Of a stretch of DNA of 64,000 bases, positions 7,673 to 17,465 are shown piece by piece (position 1 is the stretch's first letter; the number at the start of each line of letters is the position of its first letter). Made by a program: the position numbers and the translations under genes. The notes beneath the pieces were generated by a model, which made no database searches, was not told the origin of the DNA, and saw nothing but the letters and a program-made list of their open reading frames with translations. Source of the DNA: Candidatus Woesearchaeota archaeon (GTDB lineage Archaea; Nanobdellota; Nanobdellia; SCGC-AAA011-G17; JACPIM01); contig CAZELK010000001.1 of NCBI GenBank assembly GCA_964513145.1, positions 64,001-128,000 on the forward strand. Reading direction: 5' to 3'.

Positions 7673-8584
7673 TTACTTCTTTATCTTTTTCCCTGCTGTT
7701 TTTTTAACATTTTCTTTAATAATTTGAACTTCTTTTTTAGGTACTTTAATTTCGACTTTATTTTCTTTTGAAATTTTTTTATCCAAGAATAATTTTTTAT
7801 CTTCAAGCATATTTATAGCATCTTTTGCAAAAAAAGTTAATCTTCCTGGCATTCCTCCAGGAGCCAATAATTCAACATTTATGTTATTTACAAGTATACA
7901 ATCAAAACCTTTAATTGATTTTAGAATTTTCACAACATGGCTGTTTTTTCCCAATACAAATAACGGGCCTTTTTTATTTTGGTATTTTCTACCTCTTTTG
8001 CTTCCCTGACCTGCCCTTACTTTTTTAGTTTGCAATCTTTCTAATTCTTTTTCCAAGCCAACTTTGGTTAATAATTTTATTAATTCACTAGTTTTATTTA
8101 AATTATAAATATCATTGTCTAAAATCAAAGGAAGTTCTTTGAATTCATAGCCTCTTTCCTTAACGAATTTTTCACTTGCTACTGCAGCCAATGCAGACCT
8201 TATTGCTTTTCTATTTTCTTTGATATTTATTTTTTCTTTATGAATCTTAGATCCTTTAGGCGGATTAGCACGTCGACCTTTATACATTCCAGGAGCAAAT
8301 GCCCCGATCCAACCCATTTGACGACCTCTTTTCCATATTGTTTTTCTTGGCACTCTTGACATTGCTTTACCATAAGAAGTTTTGTAGTCTCTTCTTCTTC
8401 TGGATAATTTTGCAGATACTCTTTCACCTGCATGGGGAAATGAACCATAACTTTGTCTTTTATTTGCCCTAATTGCCAAAAATGCCCTTTCAATCAGATC
8501 TGTTCGAATATTTTCATTGAACTGAATAGGCAAGTCAATGTTTCCTGTTTTATTTCCCTGTGTATTGTATATATTAGCTTTCAT
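7673..8584 (-). CDS. rpl4: 50S ribosomal protein L4 (uL4)
   Basis: SYGKAMSRVPR, GRRANPPK, LLAPGGMPGRLT. Confidence 0.97.
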   Translation of the reverse strand: MKANIYNTQGNKTGNIDLPIQFNENIRTDLIERAFLAIRANKRQSYGSFPHAGERVSAKLSRRRRDYKTSYGKAMSRVPRKTIWKRGRQMGWIGAFAPGMYKGRRANPPKGSKIHKEKINIKENRKAIRSALAAVASEKFVKERGYEFKELPLILDNDIYNLNKTSELIKLLTKVGLEKELERLQTKKVRAGQGSKRGRKYQNKKGPLFVLGKNSHVVKILKSIKGFDCILVNNINVELLAPGGMPGRLTFFAKDAINMLEDKKLFLDKKISKENKVEIKVPKKEVQIIKENVKKTAGKKIKK

Positions 8585-9536
8585 TGTTTATGTTTAAATT
8601 TAATATTTCAAATTGTTCTGTTCTTTTTGGAGCTCTTACAGGCTCAGTTAATATTATTGCTCGTTTATTTGTACCTGGCAATGAACCTTTAATAAAAATA
8701 TAATTATGCTTTATTGTTCCATATTTGTGAAAACCGCTTTTTGGATTTATGTTCTTTACATCGTCATTTATTTTTAACAATAATTTGTTATATTCTGTTC
8801 TTTGGTGGTAACCCATTTTTCCAGTATTTGGAACTGAGTATCTTACTTTATGCGGGTTCCATGGACCCATAGTACCTATGCCACGAACTTTCTTTTTGGA
8901 TTTATGCCTTAATCTTTTAACTCCAAATCTCTTTATTGTACCCTGGAATCCTTTTCCCTTTGTTACTCCGTGAATATCAATCATTTGATTGTTTTTGAAG
9001 ACATCATTTATTTTTATTTCTTTATCCAAAATATTTTTCAAAAATTCCAGTTTTTCATTTAAACTTTTTCCACCAACACCAATTTCGATAATTTCTGGTT
9101 TTTTTCTTTCTACTTTTGTCAATCTTGGCTTTGTGTAAACAACGAGCCTTACATCATCAAATTCTTTTGGTATTTCATTATTTTTTTTACTAAAACTTGT
9201 TCTTCTTCTAACATCTTTGTCTATATTTTTTGAAAAAACTTCAGAAACAATTTTTAAACCGTCAAAATTTTGTTTGTAAAATCGTAAAGAAAGAGGCTTT
9301 AAAGGGGGACATTCAATAATTGTAATTGGGATTGAAATATTTTGCCCTTTTGTGATTGAAAATTGTGTATTGTCTTTGACTATTGCATGAGTCATGCCTA
9401 CTTTATACCCTATAAAACCCAAGAGTTTTGATTCTTCTCTTTTGACCCAGTTTCTTATCCTAGCATAAGGTCTTTTAGATCTCTTTCTAGGCCAAACCTG
9501 CAGGCTTCCTCTTCTTGGATGACTCCACTTTGACAT
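8574..9536 (-). CDS. rpl3: 50S ribosomal protein L3 (uL3)
   Basis: PRRGSL, GYKVGMTH, TKGKGFQG, GKMGYHQRTE, KGSLPG. Confidence 0.98.
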   Translation of the reverse strand: MSKWSHPRRGSLQVWPRKRSKRPYARIRNWVKREESKLLGFIGYKVGMTHAIVKDNTQFSITKGQNISIPITIIECPPLKPLSLRFYKQNFDGLKIVSEVFSKNIDKDVRRRTSFSKKNNEIPKEFDDVRLVVYTKPRLTKVERKKPEIIEIGVGGKSLNEKLEFLKNILDKEIKINDVFKNNQMIDIHGVTKGKGFQGTIKRFGVKRLRHKSKKKVRGIGTMGPWNPHKVRYSVPNTGKMGYHQRTEYNKLLLKINDDVKNINPKSGFHKYGTIKHNYIFIKGSLPGTNKRAIILTEPVRAPKRTEQFEILNLNINNES

Positions 9537-9672
9537 TTTAGTTTTTTACCTAATTATTTATATATCTACCTCTAGAATCAGTGGCCTAATATATACAGTA
9601 AAGGGTGAATTTTAAGAAAAATTACGCGTATATAAAGGTTTTTATATTCAAGTCTATATACTAAATATAAAA

Positions 9673-10824
9673 ATGAGGTATGATTTTGTAGTTTTAGGAG
9701 CTACTGGAATTCAGGGCAGAATAGTTACACGTGATTTGATAGAAAACGGGTATTCTGTTTTAATGTGCGGAAGAGATAAGTCCAGAATAGAATCTATTTT
9801 AAATAAATATGAAAAAACTTCATTTCAATATGTTGATATAAGGGATTTTAGCAATGCTGTAAATGTAATTAAAAGAGCAAAAGCAAATGTTGTTGTAAAC
9901 TGCATGGAGGGAGATTTTAATTTAACTGCTTTGAAAGCTTCGATGAAAGCAAAGGCAAACTGTTTGGATCTGGGATCAGAAATATGGATGACTAAAGAAC
10001 AATTTAAATTACATTCTTTATTACAAAACAGAGATCTTGTTTCTATAACTGGGTGCGGGTCTGTACCTGGGGTTGGGAATGTAATGCTTAAACATGCTGC
10101 AGAGAAATTAGACAAGATAGATACAATAAATGTTGGATTTAGCTGGGATTCAAATATTAAAAAATTTGTAGTTCCCTTTTCAATAAAAAGCATAATTGAG
10201 GAATTTACTGATCCAGCACCTATAATCGAAAATAAGAAATTTATTAATAAAACACCTTTAGATTCTGTTATTGTTGACCATCATAGAGAAATAGGAAAGC
10301 AAAAAGAGTTTTTTGTAAGACACCCAGAAACTTACACTTTTTATAAATACTTTAAAAGCAAGGGAGTAAAAAATGTTAAATTTTATGCTGGATTTCCACA
10401 GCATTCATTTGACATAATACTGGCTATGATAGATTTAGGCCTAGCTAGCAAAGAAGAAATTTTATTCAATGGCTCAAAAATAATTCCTGTAGATTTTTTA
10501 ACTGAACTTCTGAAAAAAATTGAAATTCCCAAAGGATATACAGAAGAAGAAAATTTATGGGTTAAAATTACAGGAAGCAGAAATAGTGAAAAGAAAACAA
10601 TTTCAATGGAATGCATTGTTCCAACACTAGACGGGTGGCGTGATGCTGGGTGCAATATTGATACTGGAATGCCTGCAAGTATCATGGCTCAAATGGTAAA
10701 AAATGATATTATTAAAGAAAAAGGAAGCTATGCCCCAGAAGCTATTGTTCCAACAGAGTCTTTTTTTAAGGAACTGAGAAATAGAAAAATGGTTGTGTAT
10801 GAGAATGGAAAAGTTATAAATTAA
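9673..10824 (+). CDS. Saccharopine dehydrogenase-family oxidoreductase (carboxy(nor)spermidine synthase/lysine 6-dehydrogenase-like)
   Basis: VLGATGIQG Rossmann motif, GCGSVPG, HPETYT; substrate cannot be assigned. Confidence 0.8.
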   Translation: MRYDFVVLGATGIQGRIVTRDLIENGYSVLMCGRDKSRIESILNKYEKTSFQYVDIRDFSNAVNVIKRAKANVVVNCMEGDFNLTALKASMKAKANCLDLGSEIWMTKEQFKLHSLLQNRDLVSITGCGSVPGVGNVMLKHAAEKLDKIDTINVGFSWDSNIKKFVVPFSIKSIIEEFTDPAPIIENKKFINKTPLDSVIVDHHREIGKQKEFFVRHPETYTFYKYFKSKGVKNVKFYAGFPQHSFDIILAMIDLGLASKEEILFNGSKIIPVDFLTELLKKIEIPKGYTEEENLWVKITGSRNSEKKTISMECIVPTLDGWRDAGCNIDTGMPASIMAQMVKNDIIKEKGSYAPEAIVPTESFFKELRNRKMVVYENGKVIN

Positions 10825-10895
10825 TGCTTTTTTAACTATACATGATTTCTACAAAATAATAAACTTTAATAATATCTTATGAAGACCATGTTAAA

Positions 10896-11894
10896 ATGAA
10901 AAAAATTCTTATAACTGGGGGAGCTGGATTTATAGGACATCATTTTGTAAATCATTTATTAATTAGTACTGACTGGGATATTATTGTTCTTGACAAATTA
11001 AATTATGCCAGCGGGGGTTTGGACAGACTAAGAGACATAAATGTTTTTGATGGCAACAGGGTTTTTATATTCACCACGGATTTTACCAAACAAATAGAAC
11101 CTGGAATAGTGAAAGAACTAAGAGACATTGATTATATTGCCCATCTTGGTGCTGAGACGCATGTGGACAATAGCATAATTAACCCAGAACCTTTTGTAAT
11201 GTCAAATGTTATTGGCACTATGAGAATTTTAGATTTAGCAAGAAAATTACCAAATGTCAAAAAGATAAATTATTTTTCAACTGATGAAGTTTTTGGACCT
11301 GCACCAGAAGGCACTAACTATAAGGAGTGGGACAGGTATAATTCAACAAACCCTTATTCAGCAACCAAGGCTGGAGGTGAAGAATTAGCTTTAGCTTATG
11401 CAAATACATATGGATTACCTATTTTCATTACTCATACGATGAATGTATTTGGAGAAAGACAACATCCTGAGAAATTTGTTCCAATGGCAATTAATAAAAT
11501 ATTAAATAATGAGAAAATCTTAATTCATTCTGATCCAACTAAAATAAAAGCAGGAAGCAGATTTTGGATACATGCCAGAAATGTTGCTTCTGCTATAATG
11601 TTTTTACTTGAAAAAGCAAAGAATAGGGATAAGTATAATATTGTCGGTGAAAAAGAAATCAACAACTTAGAACTTGCACAATTTATTGCAAATACTTTAG
11701 GAAAAAAATTAAATTATGAAATGGTAGATTTTCATTCAAGCAGACCAGGTCATGATTTAAGGTATGCTTTGGATGGAACAAAATTAAAAGAACTTGGCTG
11801 GAATATTCCCATGGCTGTTGAACAATCATTAACCAAAACAATTAACTGGAGTATTAACAACCCCAGATGGTTAGAGATTAAAACTTATGAATAA
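10896..11894 (+). CDS. rfbB: dTDP-glucose 4,6-dehydratase-like extended SDR
   Basis: ITGGAGFIG, AETHVDNSI, STDEVFG, YSATK, RPGHDLRYALD. Confidence 0.9.
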   Translation: MKKILITGGAGFIGHHFVNHLLISTDWDIIVLDKLNYASGGLDRLRDINVFDGNRVFIFTTDFTKQIEPGIVKELRDIDYIAHLGAETHVDNSIINPEPFVMSNVIGTMRILDLARKLPNVKKINYFSTDEVFGPAPEGTNYKEWDRYNSTNPYSATKAGGEELALAYANTYGLPIFITHTMNVFGERQHPEKFVPMAINKILNNEKILIHSDPTKIKAGSRFWIHARNVASAIMFLLEKAKNRDKYNIVGEKEINNLELAQFIANTLGKKLNYEMVDFHSSRPGHDLRYALDGTKLKELGWNIPMAVEQSLTKTINWSINNPRWLEIKTYE

Positions 11895-11896
11895 TT

Positions 11897-13285
11897 TTAT
11901 GACAAACCTTCTAATTTAATCCCATATAATTGATTGTCTTTATAACTTCTATATTTATTGTAAACTGATTTGTAAAAGTTTTTAACATATTTATTGTTTG
12001 GCATTTTAATTATTAATTTTAATAAACCTGATTTTAATAAGAATGGATGTGATGCAGCTACTGCAAACCATTTTTGCAAGTGTTCTATTTCTTTTTTATT
12101 TTCTAATTTAACTATTGTTGTTTCAAAGAATTTTGGTCCTATATCTTTATAGTCTCCTTCCAATAAACCCCTGTTTGCTGCATAATCTGTCAACGGCAAA
12201 CTTGGATATGGCTGGAAAATAGAACACCAAGCATATAATGGCTTGCATTCAATATTCATTTTTAATGTTTCCAAGTCTGTTTCCAGACTACTTTCAGGCA
12301 AACCCAGAATATTTTGGAGCATTATTTTTATTCCATTTTGATTTAATAAACGAGCTGCTCTGTAAACTGTTTCTTTATCCATCTCTCTTTTAATAATTAC
12401 GTTTCTTATATAATCATCAGCAGCTTCCAATGCCATATGCACAGAGTAGCAACCAGCTTCTTTTAACAACCTAGCAGAAGTTTCATCAACTAAATTAGGA
12501 CGAACATGACAATGAAATGGGAGATTAATTTCTTTTTTATATTTCTCAGCAAAGTTTTTTAACCATGGCTTATTCATAATAAAAATATCATCCTGAAAAT
12601 AAACTACTTTTCCGCCGTATTTTTTTATTACTTCTTTGATTTCAGCAATTAAATTATCCACTGATCTCCATCTAACCCACCTTCCCTTTCCACCATATAT
12701 CTTATCTATAGCTGAATTGAAACAATATGAGCATTTATAGGCGCAGCCTCTGCAAGCAATGAAATGTCTTATTGGTTCATCTCTCCATAATTTATGCTCA
12801 TATGCAACTTCTCTGTCTGGAAAAGGCAATGTGTCAATATTCTCATTTAAGTTTCTTATTTCATTTTTGTAAATTTTTCCATCTTTTTTTACCCAGAGAT
12901 TTTTTATTTTTGTAATTGGCTTATTCTTTTCCAAATTGTTAGCTAACTCTGCTATTGCTTCTTCACATTCTCCTTGTGCTATTATATCACAGCCTTCTTC
13001 TTCAATTACTTGTGGATGGAATGTTGGATGCGATCCACCCATTAAAGATAAGAACTTGAATTTACTTTTTAATTCATTTATAATTTTTAGAAATTCTGTC
13101 TGACCACCTGTCATTACAGAACCAGCTATTACGTCTGGACCAAATGCTGCAACAGCCTGATTTAAATCATCTTCACCAATTACTGCTATTTTCGTTTTAT
13201 GGTTATATTTTTTAAGAATACTACTAATGTATAGAATACCCAAAGGTTCTACAGGATGTTTCCAAGCTAAGAATAAAAATTTCAT
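11897..13285 (-). CDS. B12-binding radical SAM enzyme (#1)
   Basis: N-terminal PLGILYI...GGSHPT cobalamin-binding domain; RGCAYKCSYC. Confidence 0.9.
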   Translation of the reverse strand: MKFLFLAWKHPVEPLGILYISSILKKYNHKTKIAVIGEDDLNQAVAAFGPDVIAGSVMTGGQTEFLKIINELKSKFKFLSLMGGSHPTFHPQVIEEEGCDIIAQGECEEAIAELANNLEKNKPITKIKNLWVKKDGKIYKNEIRNLNENIDTLPFPDREVAYEHKLWRDEPIRHFIACRGCAYKCSYCFNSAIDKIYGGKGRWVRWRSVDNLIAEIKEVIKKYGGKVVYFQDDIFIMNKPWLKNFAEKYKKEINLPFHCHVRPNLVDETSARLLKEAGCYSVHMALEAADDYIRNVIIKREMDKETVYRAARLLNQNGIKIMLQNILGLPESSLETDLETLKMNIECKPLYAWCSIFQPYPSLPLTDYAANRGLLEGDYKDIGPKFFETTIVKLENKKEIEHLQKWFAVAASHPFLLKSGLLKLIIKMPNNKYVKNFYKSVYNKYRSYKDNQLYGIKLEGLS

Positions 13286-13440
13286 TTTGACTCTAAACTA
13301 TAGTTAATTACTATTTCGCTTATAAATATTTCTGTGATTACACTTTTTGATTTTTTTTCATGTACCAGATTATTCGCTTTATGAAGACTTTCGTGAGTTT
13401 CGGTATAAGTCCACCATCCGCTTATTTCTGTTACTTTCAT
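13282..13440 (-). CDS. Small hypothetical peptide (52 aa)
   Basis: ATG at 13440 lies 11 nt after the upstream stop; TGA overlaps the ATG of the rSAM gene; fills the gap exactly. Confidence 0.45.
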   Translation of the reverse strand: MKVTEISGWWTYTETHESLHKANNLVHEKKSKSVITEIFISEIVINYSLESK

Positions 13441-13451
13441 TAGACATTGAT

Positions 13452-15296
13452 TTATTTTTTTATTATTACATTTAACCACATTGTTAATCTTGCGAAGAAT
13501 AATAATATTGTCCAGTAAAGTTCTTTAATTGTTTTAGGATAAGACAGAGCAGATATAGTTCCTTTTATTATTTCATTTGTGAAAGATTTTACTTTTAAAT
13601 TTTCTTTTATATTCAAATGCTTTAATAAATTTTCATGCTTTCTTGCATTAATTGTTTTTTGATCAAGCCAATTATTTAAAGTCATAGGATTTTTAATGAA
13701 AACTTTTGCATTTTCAACATATTTTACCTTATATCCTTTCTTCCAAAAGATATACGGAATTATATGATCTTCTGCAATATTTGAAGGTATATCATTGACA
13801 AAACCATTTTTAAAAGCAAACAAGTAATTAGAACATTCTAAGAACTGCTCTTTGGATGATAATTCTTTTCTTATTCTATGGGCACCAGCATCCAAAAGAA
13901 GATGAGACCAATAACCAAATATATTATTTTTTGAATTTAAGGACAAAGGTCTTCCAGTTATACAGCCTACTCCCGGATCTTCAAAGGATTTTATTATTTC
14001 ATTAATGGAGTTAGTTTCTAGAACTGCCTTGTCTGTTGTTACTATTATTAATTTATTTCTTGCTTCTTTTAATCCAGCTGCCAATAAATTATAATCAGCC
14101 CCCTGGTCAATTATTATTTTAATTTCTTTTTTATTTAATTTTTTTATTTCCTTGTTTTTACTGACAACGATTATATCATTAGGAATATTTATTTTTTGTT
14201 TTAATATAGAATTAATTGTTTTTTCACTTTCTAAAATATTTTCTGCCAAAATAATGGTTGTAATCGACTGCTTTCTTACTTCATTTACTGCCTTAAATAA
14301 ATCTTTTACATGGACACCATCCATACAATTTGGAGTTCTGCCGTCGTAAGAAGAGTAACATCCGACGCAGTCTGAGGGAGTAAAAACTTTAATTCCCTGG
14401 TTGTACATTTCTATTTCCTGGGGTGCTGTCTGCCCGAAAAATACAACAACATTTCTTTTCAAAGCCAGTGCAATATGAAGACCCAATGAATCACTTGTTA
14501 CAATTGTGTTACAAACAGACATCAAAGAAGCCATTTCAAAAAGATAATTGCCGCAGCCTGCGTTGATTATAGGAATTTTTGATAATGATATTATTTGGTT
14601 GTTTCTTTCAACTTCATCAGGACCGCCAAAAAGAATTATTTTAGCGTTTAATTCTTTGTACAGCTTTTGAATTAATTCAACTGCTTTATCCATGGGCAAT
14701 TTTTTTAATGGCCACCTTTCGCCAGCACCAGTGTTTACGCCAATTATTAAATCATTTTTCTTTAGATTGTATCTTCTTAGAAAATCCTGGGCAAATCTTT
14801 TTTGTTCTTTTGTCAAAACTAAAATTGGCGGGTCTTTTTTATAGTCCAATTCTGCAAGTTCGTAAATAAGCTCTGGGTAAGTCTTTTTGTTTGCTTTTTT
14901 TAATATGTCATTTTTCGGCTTTTCTCCAAGAAGACTCATATCAAAGTAGTATTTTGCTGAAACAGATGGAACAATTTTATTTTCCTTATTTATATAATAG
15001 CCATAAACTTTTGATTTTTTATTTAAGAAATGGGTTGTTAAATAACAGGCTTCATAATCTTCATCTAAATTTATCACTATATTGAATTTTAATTCTTTTA
15101 ATCTTGATATGCTTTCTTTACTGTATAGAAATATTTTGTTGATATATGGATTTGTTCTTACTAGATCCAAAGCACTTTTTTTTGTAAACCAAGCTATTTT
15201 TGAATTAGGATACTTTCTTTTTACACCACTAAGTATGCAGGTTGTTCTTAATACATCACCTAATGCACTTTGTTTTATTATTAATATATTTATCAT
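13452..15296 (-). CDS. Fused GT9 (heptosyltransferase-like) plus GT2-like glycosyltransferase
   Basis: ALGDVLRTT, GVNTGAGERWPLKK, DSLGLHIALA in the N-half; C-half with GCITGRPL, AED, KNP (GT-A like). Confidence 0.85.
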   Translation of the reverse strand: MINILIIKQSALGDVLRTTCILSGVKRKYPNSKIAWFTKKSALDLVRTNPYINKIFLYSKESISRLKELKFNIVINLDEDYEACYLTTHFLNKKSKVYGYYINKENKIVPSVSAKYYFDMSLLGEKPKNDILKKANKKTYPELIYELAELDYKKDPPILVLTKEQKRFAQDFLRRYNLKKNDLIIGVNTGAGERWPLKKLPMDKAVELIQKLYKELNAKIILFGGPDEVERNNQIISLSKIPIINAGCGNYLFEMASLMSVCNTIVTSDSLGLHIALALKRNVVVFFGQTAPQEIEMYNQGIKVFTPSDCVGCYSSYDGRTPNCMDGVHVKDLFKAVNEVRKQSITTIILAENILESEKTINSILKQKINIPNDIIVVSKNKEIKKLNKKEIKIIIDQGADYNLLAAGLKEARNKLIIVTTDKAVLETNSINEIIKSFEDPGVGCITGRPLSLNSKNNIFGYWSHLLLDAGAHRIRKELSSKEQFLECSNYLFAFKNGFVNDIPSNIAEDHIIPYIFWKKGYKVKYVENAKVFIKNPMTLNNWLDQKTINARKHENLLKHLNIKENLKVKSFTNEIIKGTISALSYPKTIKELYWTILLFFARLTMWLNVIIKK

Positions 15297-15395
15297 TTTT
15301 TGACCTAAGATATTCGCACTTTATAAATTTAGGGTGCAATATTTTTATTTATTATAGTATCTTCTTAGTAATAATTCTTTCGGGATATTACAAAC

Positions 15396-16547
15396 CTAAT
15401 TCTTAGATTTTATAACTTCTTTATATAAACTCATTGTCTTATCTGCAATTAAATCCCAGGAATATTTCTTTGCTTTCTCAATATTATTTTTAGATATTTC
15501 TTTTGAAAGCTTTTTATTATTTAATAAAAATATAATTTTTTCTTTTAATCCGTTAATGTCGCCGTAATTTACGAAAAAACCATTTTCAGGCTCTTTTATT
15601 TCAAATGGTATTCCATTTACTGGTGAAGCTATAATTGGCAAACCAGAAGCTAAGGCTTCGAATAATGTTAAAGGTAAGCCTTCTCTAAATGATGGCATAA
15701 CGTAAATATCTGATGCTTGGTACATCTCAGCTATTTTTGATTTTTCTCTTATTGGTTCTAAAATAAGTATATTTTCTTCATCTTTACTTAATTCTTTTAC
15801 TTTACTTAACATTCCTTCATCAGGACCAACAATTAAAAATTTTATATTCTTATTTTCTTTCAATATTTCTTTGGCAGCCAATACAAATTTATCAGGACCC
15901 TTTGTCGGGTTTAATCTCCCGAAGAATAAGACTATCTGGTCTTTTATGCCAAATTGTTTTTTGAAATTATTATTTTTTATTTTATTAAAAAATATATTAT
16001 CCACACCATTTGGAATTACAATTATTTTTTCTTTTTTTCCGCCGTATTTTTCTATAAATGGAATTTCCCATGGAGTAATTGCTATAATTTTATTTGACCA
16101 TTTAAAACTCAGCTTGTTTAAAGTTTTGTAAGATAGTTTAACTAGAAGTTTTCCTGTAAAAGACCTGAAACTATCTGTCCATGGGCAATGTGTAGTATGA
16201 ATTAAAGGTGTTTTTGTTAATTTTGCAATTAGAGAACCAAAAAAAGTATGTGCATGGCCAGAAACGTGGGTATGGATTATATCGAATTTATATTTTGACA
16301 AAGACCATAAAACAGAAGGAAAAACTGTTGCGAAATTTGCAACTCTTAAAATATGATAATGCCTATGAACTTTTACTCCATTGATTATTTCTTCTTTTAT
16401 TTTTATTCTTTTATTTTTATTCCAGTCTGAAGTAAACACATGAACTTCATGGCCTTGTTTAACATAACGTTCTGCTAATTCCTTAACTACCTGCTCTACA
16501 CCACCAATAGTCGGGTAATAAAATGCAGTTACATAAGCTATTTTCAT
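15396..16547 (-). CDS. Glycosyltransferase family 4
   Basis: YYPTIGGVE, FGRLNPTKG, PSFREGLPLTLFEALASG. Confidence 0.93.
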   Translation of the reverse strand: MKIAYVTAFYYPTIGGVEQVVKELAERYVKQGHEVHVFTSDWNKNKRIKIKEEIINGVKVHRHYHILRVANFATVFPSVLWSLSKYKFDIIHTHVSGHAHTFFGSLIAKLTKTPLIHTTHCPWTDSFRSFTGKLLVKLSYKTLNKLSFKWSNKIIAITPWEIPFIEKYGGKKEKIIVIPNGVDNIFFNKIKNNNFKKQFGIKDQIVLFFGRLNPTKGPDKFVLAAKEILKENKNIKFLIVGPDEGMLSKVKELSKDEENILILEPIREKSKIAEMYQASDIYVMPSFREGLPLTLFEALASGLPIIASPVNGIPFEIKEPENGFFVNYGDINGLKEKIIFLLNNKKLSKEISKNNIEKAKKYSWDLIADKTMSLYKEVIKSKN

Positions 16548-16586
16548 AGAAAAAGGCTTAAAAATGAAAGTTTATATAAGTTTGGA

Positions 16587-17465
16587 ATGAAAAAACTTTG
16601 CATATTAATTGTTAATTATAACAGTACAAGTGATACGCTTGAATTAATTGAAAATCTAAAAAAATCAACTTACAATAAGTTTGATATTTTAGTTTTTGAT
16701 AATAATTCCAAAGAAGATTTAAGCAGATTAGAAAATGTTAAAGGAATTAAATTTGTCAAAAGCGATATTAATCATGGGTTAACTGGCGGGGTAAATAGGG
16801 CTTTAAGCTTTATAAAAAATAAATATGTTTTACTTTTAAACCCAGACATCAACATTGATGTGGATTCTGTTAATGAAATGTTAACATTTATTGAGACTGA
16901 TGATAAAATTGCTTTTGTAGGCGGGGCAATTTATAATTTTAATAATAGAAATAAAGTTGATGCTTTTGGTGGTAAAATGAATTTTTATACTGGACTGGCA
17001 AAACCTTTAAAAAATGAATCTAATATTAGAGAATTAAAATTCGGGGAATATTCTGATGCCTGTATTCTTATGTTTAATAGAGAAATATTTCAAAAGCTGA
17101 AAGGATATGATGAAACATATTTTATGTATGTAGAAACAGAAGATATTTTATTGAAAGCAATGAAAGCAGGCTATAAAGTTTTTATTAATCCGAATGCTAA
17201 AGTATGGCATAAGGTTTATGGTAGTTTTGGCGGTAAAAAAAGCAAGTTTTCTGTTTATCACCTAAACAGAAACAGGTATTTATTTATGAAAAAACATGTT
17301 TCATTTTTAAGATATTTACTTTTTATTTTGATAAATTTTTTATTTGTTTATCCTGTTCAATTACTTTTATTTGTAAAAAGAGGACAATTTAATTTAATTT
17401 GTTCTTTTTTTAAAGGAATATATCATGGAATTATAGGAAAATATGGGGCTAGTTTTTTTAAATAA
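16587..17465 (+). CDS. Glycosyltransferase family 2
   Basis: IVNYNS, DNNS, NHGLTGGVN, LLNPD, GYDETYFMYVETED. Confidence 0.9.
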   Translation: MKKLCILIVNYNSTSDTLELIENLKKSTYNKFDILVFDNNSKEDLSRLENVKGIKFVKSDINHGLTGGVNRALSFIKNKYVLLLNPDINIDVDSVNEMLTFIETDDKIAFVGGAIYNFNNRNKVDAFGGKMNFYTGLAKPLKNESNIRELKFGEYSDACILMFNREIFQKLKGYDETYFMYVETEDILLKAMKAGYKVFINPNAKVWHKVYGSFGGKKSKFSVYHLNRNRYLFMKKHVSFLRYLLFILINFLFVYPVQLLLFVKRGQFNLICSFFKGIYHGIIGKYGASFFK

